From a virus (lineage: Duplodnaviria > Caudoviricetes), in the IMG/VR virus record IMGVR_UViG_3300005683_000047, positions 2,430 through 66,429 of that record: a stretch of 64,000 nucleotides of DNA, one strand, 5' to 3'. Numbering within the stretch: position 1 is the first letter of the stretch; every line of letters begins with the position of its first letter. Below the pieces are notes generated by a model that worked only from the letters and a program-made list of their open reading frames with translations, was not told the origin of the DNA and ran no database searches. Below are positions 38,076-48,678 of the stretch, piece after piece. Position numbers and translations under genes: made by a program.

Positions 38076-39938
38076 CTACCTAGATGATTTTAACATATCG
38101 GGAGTCCGTAAATCATCTATTGTCAATTCTAACATTTGTTCCTTTTGTAAATCAAGATTGATAAACTGAAATTTGTATTTTCCAACATTTTTTGTCACTG
38201 CAAGCAAACCTAAATCACGATTTTTTGAATCTGTGACAGATAAGTGTTCAGGAGTGAATGCAATTTTCACTGATTTGTGATTTTTGTCAAGTACTAAATC
38301 AACAAACGTTTCCGTCAACAAACGTAAATTAGGATAGGCTTTCGGAGAGCCACCGTTAGAAATACGTTTCTTGTTGAGTTTGTTTTTAAACCTATCAAAT
38401 GTTACCTCAACCTGTTCTGAATAATTTGATGTCAAACAGTGAGCATCTACAGAACATAACGCATAAATGTATTTTGAATCTTTTGTAAAATCATCATCTA
38501 AAAAAATAAGACGTGGTTCTATGATTTCTCTTTTTTCATCATCAACGTATCTTACTACAACAGACGGACTTGGCATTTCGTTGTTTATTGCTCGAACTGT
38601 AGAATCATCAAAATCAAATTCTCTAATCAATTGAAACGGCTCCGTTATTGACGATCGACGAAAAACTTGAAATTTCTTAATGTCACGTTGTGAATTAGGA
38701 GGAAACGACCAAGTCAAAACAAGTTTTTTAGAAACAAAATCCCAGTGTTGATTGAAATCTGTTGGCCAAGGTGGAGGTACATTCTCATGACAATTGACTC
38801 TAATCGGATTGGATGGTCTTGAACTTACAAGCATTTTTGCCACGACAAGTTCATTCGTTTCATCAACTATCGCTGGAACTGTAAATTCTGCTACAGACCT
38901 GACAGAATATTGATACGTCGCATAGTATTTTACTTTGTAATCTATTGACGTACTAACATATGGATTTTCAATAACAATTGGTTCTAATTCGTTGTAACTA
39001 CCATTTTGTAAAATTTCAACTCTGTCGATGATATATCCAACTATTCTAGCATTTGATGTCACAGTTGACGTGCTACTCTTTAAAACGTCAAGACTAACAT
39101 AATCAATTTTTGTCTTATAGTCATCATTGATCATGTCTGTTTGAGTTCTAGCTATTGCATTCTGTTGTATTGTCTTTGACACTTGATGTAATGACACGTA
39201 ATCACTACTATACGTAGAAAATGGATTCACAATTGCATTGTTAACCATTTTGTTGATGAACTTATTGTTTATCTGAACGTTGATGTAAACATTTTTGAGT
39301 TTATTGACTGATTCATTACGAATACGATTTGTTTCATTTTCATAAAAAAACACATTATCTTCAGAAGGTTGAACTAAAAACTTTGACAAAAAGTCATATT
39401 GAACCTCTTGCGAAGTAATTGCATTTGTTTCTCTAGCTAGTTTTTTATTTGTTTGTGCTTCGTATTTTGGCTTATTTTCATTTAAAAAAACTGCAGTACC
39501 AGAAATCATATTAAACAATTTGCTATCAATGCTTTGATCATTTAGGTTTACGCTAGTAAATCCTCCTGCTGAAAACGCATCTTCATTCAATACTTTTGAA
39601 AGATTGTTCTTGATGTAATTGACAGGTAAGTCATTGCCTCTTGAACACATGTCTCTCTTTAGTTGCTCTGTTGTCAATTCTGTGTTTTGTGAAAACAGTA
39701 TCGCTGGTGTCCAAGACAATCTAACGAAACGTGGAACTCTAGAGTTTAGATAGTCGATGTATTTTGCATCAAATTGATCTGTTGGTTTTTTTACAACAAA
39801 CCTATAAGCAGAATTATCGTATTTATCAATACCTTCTTCTGGAACGTGAAAATTGTATTGAAACTTAGCGTGAAAATTTCTAATCTCAGGAACGTCAATA
39901 ATGATTACTTCTTTTGAAGGTAATGATACACTCATCAA
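38076..39938 (-). CDS. Putative baseplate protein with FN3-like repeats (620 aa)
   Basis: VRLSWTP; DYKVKYYATYQYSVRS; PPPWPTDF...LVLTWSFP...KKFQVFRR...FLDDDFTKDSKYIYALCSVD...SNYSE. Confidence 0.45.
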   Translation of the reverse strand: MMSVSLPSKEVIIIDVPEIRNFHAKFQYNFHVPEEGIDKYDNSAYRFVVKKPTDQFDAKYIDYLNSRVPRFVRLSWTPAILFSQNTELTTEQLKRDMCSRGNDLPVNYIKNNLSKVLNEDAFSAGGFTSVNLNDQSIDSKLFNMISGTAVFLNENKPKYEAQTNKKLARETNAITSQEVQYDFLSKFLVQPSEDNVFFYENETNRIRNESVNKLKNVYINVQINNKFINKMVNNAIVNPFSTYSSDYVSLHQVSKTIQQNAIARTQTDMINDDYKTKIDYVSLDVLKSSTSTVTSNARIVGYIIDRVEILQNGSYNELEPIVIENPYVSTSIDYKVKYYATYQYSVRSVAEFTVPAIVDETNELVVAKMLVSSRPSNPIRVNCHENVPPPWPTDFNQHWDFVSKKLVLTWSFPPNSQRDIKKFQVFRRSSITEPFQLIREFDFDDSTVRAINNEMPSPSVVVRYVDDEKREIIEPRLIFLDDDFTKDSKYIYALCSVDAHCLTSNYSEQVEVTFDRFKNKLNKKRISNGGSPKAYPNLRLLTETFVDLVLDKNHKSVKIAFTPEHLSVTDSKNRDLGLLAVTKNVGKYKFQFINLDLQKEQMLELTIDDLRTPDMLKSSR

Positions 39939-42900
39939 ATCACCGTATCTAAAACAGTTTGTAATGTAACGAAATACTTCTCAAAGAGTAAATCATTTTC
40001 ATCAACGTTTCTGTTTCGCAATTTGTATTTAACATCTTGATATGAATTGTTCAAATAAACAGACGTTTGATTGTTGATTGGTACAATCGTGCCTTCATTA
40101 AGTAATTGATTAAACGATTCTTTTCCTGCTGGACTTTTTAGAGTTTCTGTTACGTCAATTTCAAAATCATCTGGGTCAACTGCAATATTGAAAATTCTGT
40201 CAAACATTTTTGGTGAAAGCAATTTTTTAGACTCAGCAATTTCACTTACAAAACTCGTAGAAGATCTTGAGAAATCGTTTATTAAGTGAATTCCAAATAA
40301 CGTTTGTAACTGTTTTGACATTGATAACGTGTCAAAAGATTCGAGTGTTACGCTATTACCATATGAAGCCCAAATAGGTTTCGATGAAAACCATTTTGAA
40401 ATATCTTCTTGTGTTGCATTTGTAACAGTTTCATTGAAAATCTTTGAGAACCTTTGATCAATTAATTCCTTAGAAATAAATGGATCAATTGTTTTTTGAA
40501 ACGTAGGTTCTTCAACGTAGAAATCATTTTCAGACACAGAAATGCCTGTCAACAACTTGATATACAACTCAAACATATGACTTGCGATATGATTGTATAT
40601 CAGTGTTTTCTTTTCGCTTGTTGACAAGAATGAATATTCTTCACTTGTGTAAATCTTTGCTTGGTTACCTGCGACTTCGTCAGAAACCATTTTATCTGAA
40701 TTGATTGAGTAATCTCGTGTAGGTATTGAATTTATCACTTGGTCTAACGTTGCATTCACTGTCAACGTTTTTATCATTTCGTGATTTCGTAAAACAAACC
40801 TACTCAATTCAAAAAGAAACGATTGAGGTCTAAAGACAATATCTTGGTGTTCTGCATCTACTTTCCAAACATTGATCTTGATGATATCTTTTTGCTTATT
40901 TGACATCATCAATGATGATTTCATGTTTTTATCAACTGTTATTTTTTCTTTTAGATTTTTGCTAAATCCTGATGGAATACCAATAGACAAAAGTCTAATA
41001 TTGTTTCCTCTGATTTTTGAAAATGAATCATGTCCAAAAAAAGAAAATAACGCTTTACGTGATTCTTTAGTTATCAAAGAATCGTCTAATAATGACAGAT
41101 CGTCTCTTACACCGTCATTGAACTCGTTCAATTCTGCATGTTCTAACAACGAACTTTCATTTGCTGATGACAATTTTTTGCTAATATCATCAATTGCAGA
41201 TTTTGCAATGTAGATTTGTTGTTCATTTATCAAAAGTGATAATAACGTCTTATCACCTAAAACAGTTAAGATTTCATTCAAAGTTGCAATGCTTTGTTTT
41301 GATTGCAACAAATTTATCGTATTTTCAGAAGCATCTCTTACTTGTTTAAGAGAATGCAAAATCACAAATAACAGTTGAATTAAAGAATCTTGTTCATATT
41401 GCAACTTAGAACTAATGGTTGCAATTGAATTTCTATTCACGACATTCGTAGACTTTATTGAATAGAAATCCATACCAACACTTGCTGTTGATTTGTTTGA
41501 CAGTTTTCCAACAAATGTTTTTGGCACAAATCGATTAACACATGACAAAACGCACTCAAAAATAGTTGCTAACAATACAGTGTCTTGTATGTGAGAAAAT
41601 TGAGTGTAACTCACATCTGAATTTTGACTTGTCATTGCTGACATAGTGTATTGTTCATATATGTTATTGATGACAGCAAAAAACGATTTCAAAAACGTAT
41701 CAATTTGCTTAAAACTATAAACAAGAGATATTTTTGAAACAGTGTTGTCAAATTGTTGATTTGAATTTTGTGTCGTTGATGTGATTTGTGAAATTGATCT
41801 CAAATCATTTCCCAACGTAGAATCAATTCTGTCAACGATTGTTTTTATCAACTTGTCTATCGTGGCTGCTGCATGAGGATTTTTTGAAGAATACGTTCTA
41901 GTCACGACATACAAGAATAGTAATGATTTCAAAGCTGAATCATTGTTTGCTTTGTTCAACACAGCTGGCATGATTGACGTCATTGTTGTTTCTTCAATAG
42001 AATTTTTATTCTTGTTGATTAAAAACAACTTGATTTTATTAAACAGTTTGTTACCATCAAGCATATCAGCATCAATTGTGGAATTTTGCGTTGATTCTTT
42101 CCCAATCAAACGTAAAGACATGATGTTGTTTATCAAACGTAAAATTTGATTTCCACAATCATTTAAAAACGTTGACAAATTAGAGACGTTGTAACCGTTT
42201 TCTGTAACGTCTAAAATTTTTTCAACATAAAACTCAGAGCCAGGTGTGTACGTTGAATTGTTGTAGTCAATGTAGTCATTTTCAAACGACAAAACAAGTG
42301 AATTATCAACATTCTTTCTTGCAATTGAAGTTAATGAATTCACAGATGATTCTGCAGGACGATCTATGATATCGTTTCCAACGTTTCCAATTATGACATC
42401 AATTAGACTATGATTGCTTGCTCGATCCTCAATTTGATAATTGTACGTTGATTGTAACGATGATTGATAAGATTGCGATTTTATTGCTGATGACAACTTG
42501 TATTCATGTGACAAATGATGAATCAACAAAGATATTTTTGAATCGTCACTTTGAAGTTTAGTCAAGTTTTGCAAATCATCAAACAACGTTCTAATCATTG
42601 ATTGAGCTTCTAACACAGAATCTGGTTTCAATCGTTTCAAATCATTCAAGCTAACAGTCAACATCGTTGACATTCGTTGACTTATTCCTGGAGTCGTTCT
42701 ATGACGATTCAAGCTAGTCTGACTAAAATCATTACGTTGCTTTAACAAATCCAGTTCAAGTAAGTTGTTGGAATAGTCAACTAAAATTGTTTTTAGCTCA
42801 TATAGAGATTGTAAAAACACTTTTGTATCTGAAAACGCTGTCACATTTTCAGATGAATACCCATATCTTTGTAAGACTTGATAAAACGACAAGTCTCCAT

Positions 42901-43651
42901 ATCTCGTGTTGATATCAGATTTAATTGTTACAGGTGCGTCTTTGAAAAAATCAAACATCACTCTAGATGGAGTGACTAAAAATTTGTCATTTTTAAATTG
43001 AAACACATCTCGTAAATTATCGATCTTTGACAAAACATCATACAGATAATCAACTTGACTTTGAACAGTAGCAATATGTGAACTAAATTGTTGCTGTTTT
43101 TCTACAAGACGTTCAGCAATTTCTTGATCGTCCTGTAAATCCTTGATTAGTTTAGTAAATGCTTCGGCTCTTAGATTCATCAATTGAATTTGAGCATTAA
43201 TGAACTCACCAGTTGAATTTAACCCGGACGCTTGAACTTGTGCAAATCTTTGGGCTGACGAAACGTTTTTATCAAACGTAAAGTCATACATCGGTTTAAA
43301 CGTTGTTACCAATAACGTTTCAGGTCGAACCTTTGATATTCCTGATAATTGTTCATACGTAGTATACCGATTGTTTGATGGAACGATTTTTCTTATTGAT
43401 CTAGTGTCAATAAATTTTGATGCTTCAACCTTTTTTAAAAAGGATGGCATTAGCAAATTTGCTTGATGAGACAAATTATAGACGTAATCTAAAAATGACA
43501 AATCCGTAATTTTTTGAACAGGCAATGTGCTAAGAACTGGTTTGAAATTAGCAGATTTTTGATCTGAAATTGCAACTTCAACCTGTTGCGTCATCGGTTT
43601 TGGTTGCTGAACTATTTTACCAAATTCAAGATCAGAGATTTTATAGCTCAT
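39935..43651 (-). CDS. Large hypothetical, mostly helical protein (1238 aa), putative virion component
   Basis: Intact very AT-rich ORF, translationally coupled within the baseplate-like block. Confidence 0.5.
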   Translation of the reverse strand: MSYKISDLEFGKIVQQPKPMTQQVEVAISDQKSANFKPVLSTLPVQKITDLSFLDYVYNLSHQANLLMPSFLKKVEASKFIDTRSIRKIVPSNNRYTTYEQLSGISKVRPETLLVTTFKPMYDFTFDKNVSSAQRFAQVQASGLNSTGEFINAQIQLMNLRAEAFTKLIKDLQDDQEIAERLVEKQQQFSSHIATVQSQVDYLYDVLSKIDNLRDVFQFKNDKFLVTPSRVMFDFFKDAPVTIKSDINTRYGDLSFYQVLQRYGYSSENVTAFSDTKVFLQSLYELKTILVDYSNNLLELDLLKQRNDFSQTSLNRHRTTPGISQRMSTMLTVSLNDLKRLKPDSVLEAQSMIRTLFDDLQNLTKLQSDDSKISLLIHHLSHEYKLSSAIKSQSYQSSLQSTYNYQIEDRASNHSLIDVIIGNVGNDIIDRPAESSVNSLTSIARKNVDNSLVLSFENDYIDYNNSTYTPGSEFYVEKILDVTENGYNVSNLSTFLNDCGNQILRLINNIMSLRLIGKESTQNSTIDADMLDGNKLFNKIKLFLINKNKNSIEETTMTSIMPAVLNKANNDSALKSLLFLYVVTRTYSSKNPHAAATIDKLIKTIVDRIDSTLGNDLRSISQITSTTQNSNQQFDNTVSKISLVYSFKQIDTFLKSFFAVINNIYEQYTMSAMTSQNSDVSYTQFSHIQDTVLLATIFECVLSCVNRFVPKTFVGKLSNKSTASVGMDFYSIKSTNVVNRNSIATISSKLQYEQDSLIQLLFVILHSLKQVRDASENTINLLQSKQSIATLNEILTVLGDKTLLSLLINEQQIYIAKSAIDDISKKLSSANESSLLEHAELNEFNDGVRDDLSLLDDSLITKESRKALFSFFGHDSFSKIRGNNIRLLSIGIPSGFSKNLKEKITVDKNMKSSLMMSNKQKDIIKINVWKVDAEHQDIVFRPQSFLFELSRFVLRNHEMIKTLTVNATLDQVINSIPTRDYSINSDKMVSDEVAGNQAKIYTSEEYSFLSTSEKKTLIYNHIASHMFELYIKLLTGISVSENDFYVEEPTFQKTIDPFISKELIDQRFSKIFNETVTNATQEDISKWFSSKPIWASYGNSVTLESFDTLSMSKQLQTLFGIHLINDFSRSSTSFVSEIAESKKLLSPKMFDRIFNIAVDPDDFEIDVTETLKSPAGKESFNQLLNEGTIVPINNQTSVYLNNSYQDVKYKLRNRNVDENDLLFEKYFVTLQTVLDTVI

Positions 43652-46090
43652 TTAATCACCCAAAACAACAGAGTTTGTTCTAACTTCAAGACCAACGTTG
43701 TAATCAACAAAAACAGGCGTTATCACATAAAAAACTTCACCAATATCATGATGAGAAATTTTATGTATAAAATGAAAGTTTTTACGATCAAAAAATGCAT
43801 GAGACTTGCCAACAATTTTTCTTTGTCCTGCAAATTCAATTGCAATCACAAAATGATCAATTTTATATGATGATCCATTAATCTTCCATTTGATTACGTT
43901 TACATTCTTTGTAAACTCTTCAACAGAAGCATCAATCATGTATGTATTGTCAATTGAAAATTCTACATCTGTCGATATGGTATTTCCAACATTTCCAAAA
44001 CTCATCTGTTGCTTTGGATAGTGAGAACTTAACGTTTGAGGCGTCGTTAAGTTTCCTCTTGTTAGAGTTATCGGATGTAAGAACTTAAATGGACTGTAAG
44101 TGTACGGCTTTTTTGTCGTTGGATCGATTGCATTTTTAACAAACGTTTCAATCATCGTTTCCGCAGATCGAATTAATGACGTCACTTCGTATCTATATTT
44201 GTGATCAATACGTAATTCTGAAACATTATTCAAATTTCTATATCTCAAATCTGAAAATTCGCCACCGGTCAAAATACCAAAATCTTCAGTTTGACCAGTA
44301 GTAAGATTTGTCCTAGATACTTGGTATGCCAACAACTTCTGTAATTTCTCTCTGTCGTTTAACATTTCATCAGAAAACAAATCTATCAAATTTTGTTTTT
44401 CAAGTAACGTTTTCACAACATCTAGATCTGATTCATTGATTGTTGATGAAACACTAAATCTTACGTCAATAACGTTTGCATCATATATGATTTGTAGATT
44501 TTCAATTTTTGTTTCAATTGCATTCGACTGTATTGGCACATACTCAATTATTGAATTTCCAGATCGAGCGCATAAACCATTTTTGTAAATCAACTTACAC
44601 ACATACTCGTAACAATGCTCTTTTTTAACATTTGAATCGACAACAACGTATGTTGCATTTGAATCATTTGAATTAATTTGTATTGTATCACCTACAATGG
44701 AATACTCTCTATCAAACAATGTACGATTGCGTCTTAATACACTAATTGAAACAATGTTGACAGGAACATCTCTCATCTCAACAGAGATACCATTATCAAC
44801 AATTTTTGTCGTCAATGAAACAAACGATATTCTATTTTGAACAAGTCTCGGTGGAATCACCACGTTTGTATATTCAGAGCTAATCACAGCATCAGGGCCG
44901 ACTGACACAACACGATAAATCGTTGAATTTTTACTTGAAATGTCAACTGGAATTGTCAGTATTCCCGCATGTTTTTCAAGACTATAGTCACCAACAAACA
45001 CATAATCATCATTATCGTTAGTTACATACGAAAAGTTTTTACGATATATTTTTATCGATTTTGCTGCATGATCATTTTGTTTTATTTGCAAGTTTGCTTT
45101 AGTTGATGATTCATACTTTGCAAAATTAACGCTCGGTGGTATTATTGGTGTGTTGTATACGTCTATGAATTTTGTTAGTTCAATTTCTTTTTGAATTGTT
45201 TGAACAATGATGCCAACGTTGTTCAATAGTTCAAACTTAATAAACAATTGTTTGAATTGTCCTGAACTGTCTTTTAGTAATGACGACAGCAATTTAAGAC
45301 TTGTCGTTATTGATATTTGATCATTTACAACACTAGAATACGTTAGAATATTCTTGTTGTCAATCATATTTTGTGTTGACGTTGTGTCAAATATCGTAGA
45401 AGGAATAGTCACCTTACTAAAGTAAGAACTTGCGTTAAGATCAGTAATATCGTCAAAGCGTTTTCCAGCAACAAATCTTTGAGTTCCGTTCGTTGATTCA
45501 TATGTTGTCAACGTCTGATCACGAGTTTCATAAACATGTGAAGGATCTATTCCTCGTAAAATAGCACTTTGAACTAAATGTTTTATTGGCGTTTGCGAAT
45601 CAACGACGTCTTTTAAATTAACTTGCAAAACAGGTTGTGGATCATTTTCATTTTTTAGCTCATCAGTTGATTTGATGACTAACTTACGTTTTACTAACGA
45701 TGAAATTTCTCTTAATGGCTTTTTTCTTAAAACGTCTCCAACAATTTCATTGTTAATTTTCTTTGTGTTATCACTAATCGTCGATGCAATGACTGACAAT
45801 TCATTGTTTTTAATGGCAGCTCTGGCATTTGCCGCCATGTTTAAAATGTTTTTTACGATATTTGACGGTGATTGAGATGATAGTTTACCATAAAGAATGT
45901 TTTGAGTTTGAATCACCTTTGTGACAGCTGAAACTCTGACTGTCAAGGCATTTTTTTGTATAACATCAGATTGATTGATCTTATAATCAACTTCAATCGT
46001 AATATCATCATTGTCGTTGATGTTGACAATAGAAAAAAAGTTGTCTGGGATTGACACGTAATTGTTATACTGCGGTAAATTTACAAACAT
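43652..46090 (-). CDS. Putative baseplate protein with FN3/Ig-like repeats (812 aa)
   Basis: IKIYRK...IYRVVSVG; VLRRNR...VVDSNVKKEHCYEYVC; YQVSRTNL...FSDLRY...HKYRYEV. Confidence 0.45.
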   Translation of the reverse strand: MFVNLPQYNNYVSIPDNFFSIVNINDNDDITIEVDYKINQSDVIQKNALTVRVSAVTKVIQTQNILYGKLSSQSPSNIVKNILNMAANARAAIKNNELSVIASTISDNTKKINNEIVGDVLRKKPLREISSLVKRKLVIKSTDELKNENDPQPVLQVNLKDVVDSQTPIKHLVQSAILRGIDPSHVYETRDQTLTTYESTNGTQRFVAGKRFDDITDLNASSYFSKVTIPSTIFDTTSTQNMIDNKNILTYSSVVNDQISITTSLKLLSSLLKDSSGQFKQLFIKFELLNNVGIIVQTIQKEIELTKFIDVYNTPIIPPSVNFAKYESSTKANLQIKQNDHAAKSIKIYRKNFSYVTNDNDDYVFVGDYSLEKHAGILTIPVDISSKNSTIYRVVSVGPDAVISSEYTNVVIPPRLVQNRISFVSLTTKIVDNGISVEMRDVPVNIVSISVLRRNRTLFDREYSIVGDTIQINSNDSNATYVVVDSNVKKEHCYEYVCKLIYKNGLCARSGNSIIEYVPIQSNAIETKIENLQIIYDANVIDVRFSVSSTINESDLDVVKTLLEKQNLIDLFSDEMLNDREKLQKLLAYQVSRTNLTTGQTEDFGILTGGEFSDLRYRNLNNVSELRIDHKYRYEVTSLIRSAETMIETFVKNAIDPTTKKPYTYSPFKFLHPITLTRGNLTTPQTLSSHYPKQQMSFGNVGNTISTDVEFSIDNTYMIDASVEEFTKNVNVIKWKINGSSYKIDHFVIAIEFAGQRKIVGKSHAFFDRKNFHFIHKISHHDIGEVFYVITPVFVDYNVGLEVRTNSVVLGD

Positions 46091-46093
46091 GTT

Positions 46094-47056
46094 TCACTCA
46101 AAAATTATCGTAAAAATCTTTACAAATGTATGAGAACCAAAATCATCAACAAAAACTTTACCTGCAAACAAAACATGTTTATCTGAGTTTCTAGGATCGT
46201 CAGATTTGAATTTGCCAAAATCAATTACATCAAGTTTTGATATTTGATTGTTCGATAATTCAAAAATTTGACACGCTATATTATTCTCTATGCTTGTAGG
46301 ATCAAACGTTATTTGTGATAAGTTTCCCTTGTTTTGTGAAATCAAAACTTGCTTTTCAATCTCATCATATTGAAGTTGTTTGTCAGAACCCAATCTAGAA
46401 TAACTTCCAAGTCGATAATTTTCTATAGCATCAACGTTAGTTATTTCAACGTTTTTAGGCAACAAATTGATTGGTGGGAGATACTGAAAATTTGGCAACC
46501 TTGATAAACAAGGATCGTTAAAAAAACTATCTAGTTCATTAATGTTTGCATTTTGCAAACTTACATCTTTGATGGGATTGTCATTTGTTATTTTGAAATT
46601 GACGTTCAAATCACTTAACAAAAACTGTTCGTCCTCAAAAATTGAATCAACAGTTCCAATCGTTTGAAGATTTCTGAAGCTTGATAACGTTGAACCCAAT
46701 AAAAAATCTGCTGTGCTAGCAAATTCTTCACCAATGAGTGTTTGCGCGTTTGTGTCTGAACCACTAAAGATCAAACCATTGTAAACTGTAATTCCCTCTT
46801 GATTTTTAAACGGTTGCAATTTGCCTGCATCATCAGTTTCAAACGTTATTTGATCTTGAGGTAAATTGCAACATTCAAAAAACAATCGATTTGACGCGTC
46901 ACTTGATCCACTAACAACATCTGCTTCATAGAACGTTGCGCAATCAGAAAATGTCACGTATTTTGCAACGAATTTACCTGTTGACATCTGACGGCGACCT
47001 TCATAGGTCACAATTGAGTCAAGAATTCTTTGTCGATTATTGAGTATTCCACTCAT
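46094..47056 (-). CDS. Putative baseplate protein (320 aa), paralog of 37186..37902
   Basis: MSGILNNRQRILDSIVTYEGRRQM...YVTFSD versus MGMLDGTSNNIILDTVLTDTGRQFL...KFALGD. Confidence 0.45.
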   Translation of the reverse strand: MSGILNNRQRILDSIVTYEGRRQMSTGKFVAKYVTFSDCATFYEADVVSGSSDASNRLFFECCNLPQDQITFETDDAGKLQPFKNQEGITVYNGLIFSGSDTNAQTLIGEEFASTADFLLGSTLSSFRNLQTIGTVDSIFEDEQFLLSDLNVNFKITNDNPIKDVSLQNANINELDSFFNDPCLSRLPNFQYLPPINLLPKNVEITNVDAIENYRLGSYSRLGSDKQLQYDEIEKQVLISQNKGNLSQITFDPTSIENNIACQIFELSNNQISKLDVIDFGKFKSDDPRNSDKHVLFAGKVFVDDFGSHTFVKIFTIIFE

Positions 47057-47062
47057 AATTGT

Positions 47063-47069
47063 TAACTAT
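47063..47069 (-). promoter_or_regulatory. ATAnTTA motif (ATAGTTA) at the head of the baseplate-like block
   Basis: 6 nt upstream of the ATG at 47056. Confidence 0.35.
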
Positions 47070-47084
47070 GCCATTCTACATGTT

Positions 47085-47351
47085 TCAAACCTTTTTGGGT
47101 TTTTGCAACATATGTGTATAAATTTTGCGATACCTGTTTGGGTCTAAATTATATTCAATCCCAGGAGGTGATGGAATGAATTCTGGAACTGGCAAATCAA
47201 AAAACTTTGTGACATCAGCAAAACCTGCCATTGAAAATCCAAAATCATCATCAACCATGACGCTAATTTCACATCCCCTAAAGTCAGGAGAGTTTCTAGA
47301 AATTGATCCAGTAACTTGATATGGACTAAATATTAATGCACTAAAACCCAT
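47085..47351 (-). CDS. Small array-associated protein s2 (88 aa; start moved to the ATG at 47351)
   Basis: C-terminal PSPPGIEYNLDPNRYRKIYT, similar to s1. Confidence 0.5.
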   Translation of the reverse strand: MGFSALIFSPYQVTGSISRNSPDFRGCEISVMVDDDFGFSMAGFADVTKFFDLPVPEFIPSPPGIEYNLDPNRYRKIYTHMLQKPKKV

Positions 47352-48678
47352 ATTTGATAAACCTGTGACCATCTCGTGACAGTGATTTTCCCATGCCTTT
47401 ATACGATGGTGACCATGGCACAGCTAATTTTATAGCATTCCGTTGTGTCGGACCTAACACACAAAAAGTTCCACTGTTAATTGTTGCATTAGTTGCAATA
47501 CCTGATACAAACTTGACAAATGTTATCTCTCCTGCTAAATGCCATCGTTTATACAATGAAATATCATTGCCACCCGAGGTACCGCTGGCTTCAAGCAACA
47601 TCACAGGAATATTAAACATTGCATATTCACCTGAAGTCGAAGGTTGATGTCTGTTTATGAGATCTGGAATACTGGACGTGTTCATCATGTATGACATCGT
47701 GTCAACTGCAACACCAACAACTTTTTTTGATTGTGGATCAACGATCCCGCCATTTGACCAGACTTTAGGAGAACTACTTTGACCATCGTATTGTAAATTT
47801 GCTAAATTGATTGAACCAAATGGAAAATTTGGTTTGGCGTAGTATCCTATGGAATTTCCATCAACACAATTATCTTCACACACACTTTGTGCAAAGCAAA
47901 CATATGGCGCACGATAAACATCATTTTTCAGTTTATGCGAATATTTGCCAAAGTACACAAAATTAAATGCACCGATGTTGCCTACATCAACTGCAGCAAA
48001 AAAATTCTCATAATCAAACACAAAGTGTGCTCTGCTGTTTTTTGTGTATGTTGTATTCACGTATCCAGATGAAACACCAAATTTTGGATTTGACGTCAAA
48101 GCATCAGCTGACACAAGTTGAATCATCGCATTTCCGTCAGCACTATGAACGCCAAATTCTGAGTTTGTCCTTGGAAAAATCGTAGATTCATCTATATACC
48201 ACATCGTTCCTGACAAACCTTTATCATCTCTACCTTGATTTAAGGTTGTTCCCGTCCATGGACAGTGTTTATCAAATCTCAGAGCAAATGATAATCCAAG
48301 ACCGTTTTCAATTTGATTACTCATCGTAGCATAATAACTGCCACTACCGAATCTATGATGACCAGACGCTTGCATATGCACATAAAATGGAACAGACGCA
48401 CTTTTAAACATAAAAGTTGCCCAGGCATTTTCGCCAGATGGTGTTGAAGAGTCCCAGTAATCCATTCCAATACATTTACTTGTTAAATTCGATCCAGTGT
48501 TGTACGATATTCGTTCAATTCCAAATAATTTTGCATCATCACTATTCAGCACATTAAAAAGTGAAATAAAAACTTCATTTGCTGCGTAAAATTTGTATCG
48601 TGAAGAATCAACGTTATATCCTCCACCGTCAATATGACAATCAATTGCACCAAAATATCGTGGTTTTAACGTTTCCAT
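47341..48678 (-). CDS. Array paralog P1 (445 aa; start moved to the ATG at 48678)
   Basis: GENAWATFMFKSASVPFY; PWTGTT; FPRTN; YFGKY; AVPWS. Confidence 0.75.
   Translation of the reverse strand: METLKPRYFGAIDCHIDGGGYNVDSSRYKFYAANEVFISLFNVLNSDDAKLFGIERISYNTGSNLTSKCIGMDYWDSSTPSGENAWATFMFKSASVPFYVHMQASGHHRFGSGSYYATMSNQIENGLGLSFALRFDKHCPWTGTTLNQGRDDKGLSGTMWYIDESTIFPRTNSEFGVHSADGNAMIQLVSADALTSNPKFGVSSGYVNTTYTKNSRAHFVFDYENFFAAVDVGNIGAFNFVYFGKYSHKLKNDVYRAPYVCFAQSVCEDNCVDGNSIGYYAKPNFPFGSINLANLQYDGQSSSPKVWSNGGIVDPQSKKVVGVAVDTMSYMMNTSSIPDLINRHQPSTSGEYAMFNIPVMLLEASGTSGGNDISLYKRWHLAGEITFVKFVSGIATNATINSGTFCVLGPTQRNAIKLAVPWSPSYKGMGKSLSRDGHRFIKYGF

Noticed and set aside
39935-43651. Tape measure protein
   Set aside because: It is large and helical but lacks the Ala/Gly-rich periodicity typical of TMPs and is not next to the tube/sheath genes.
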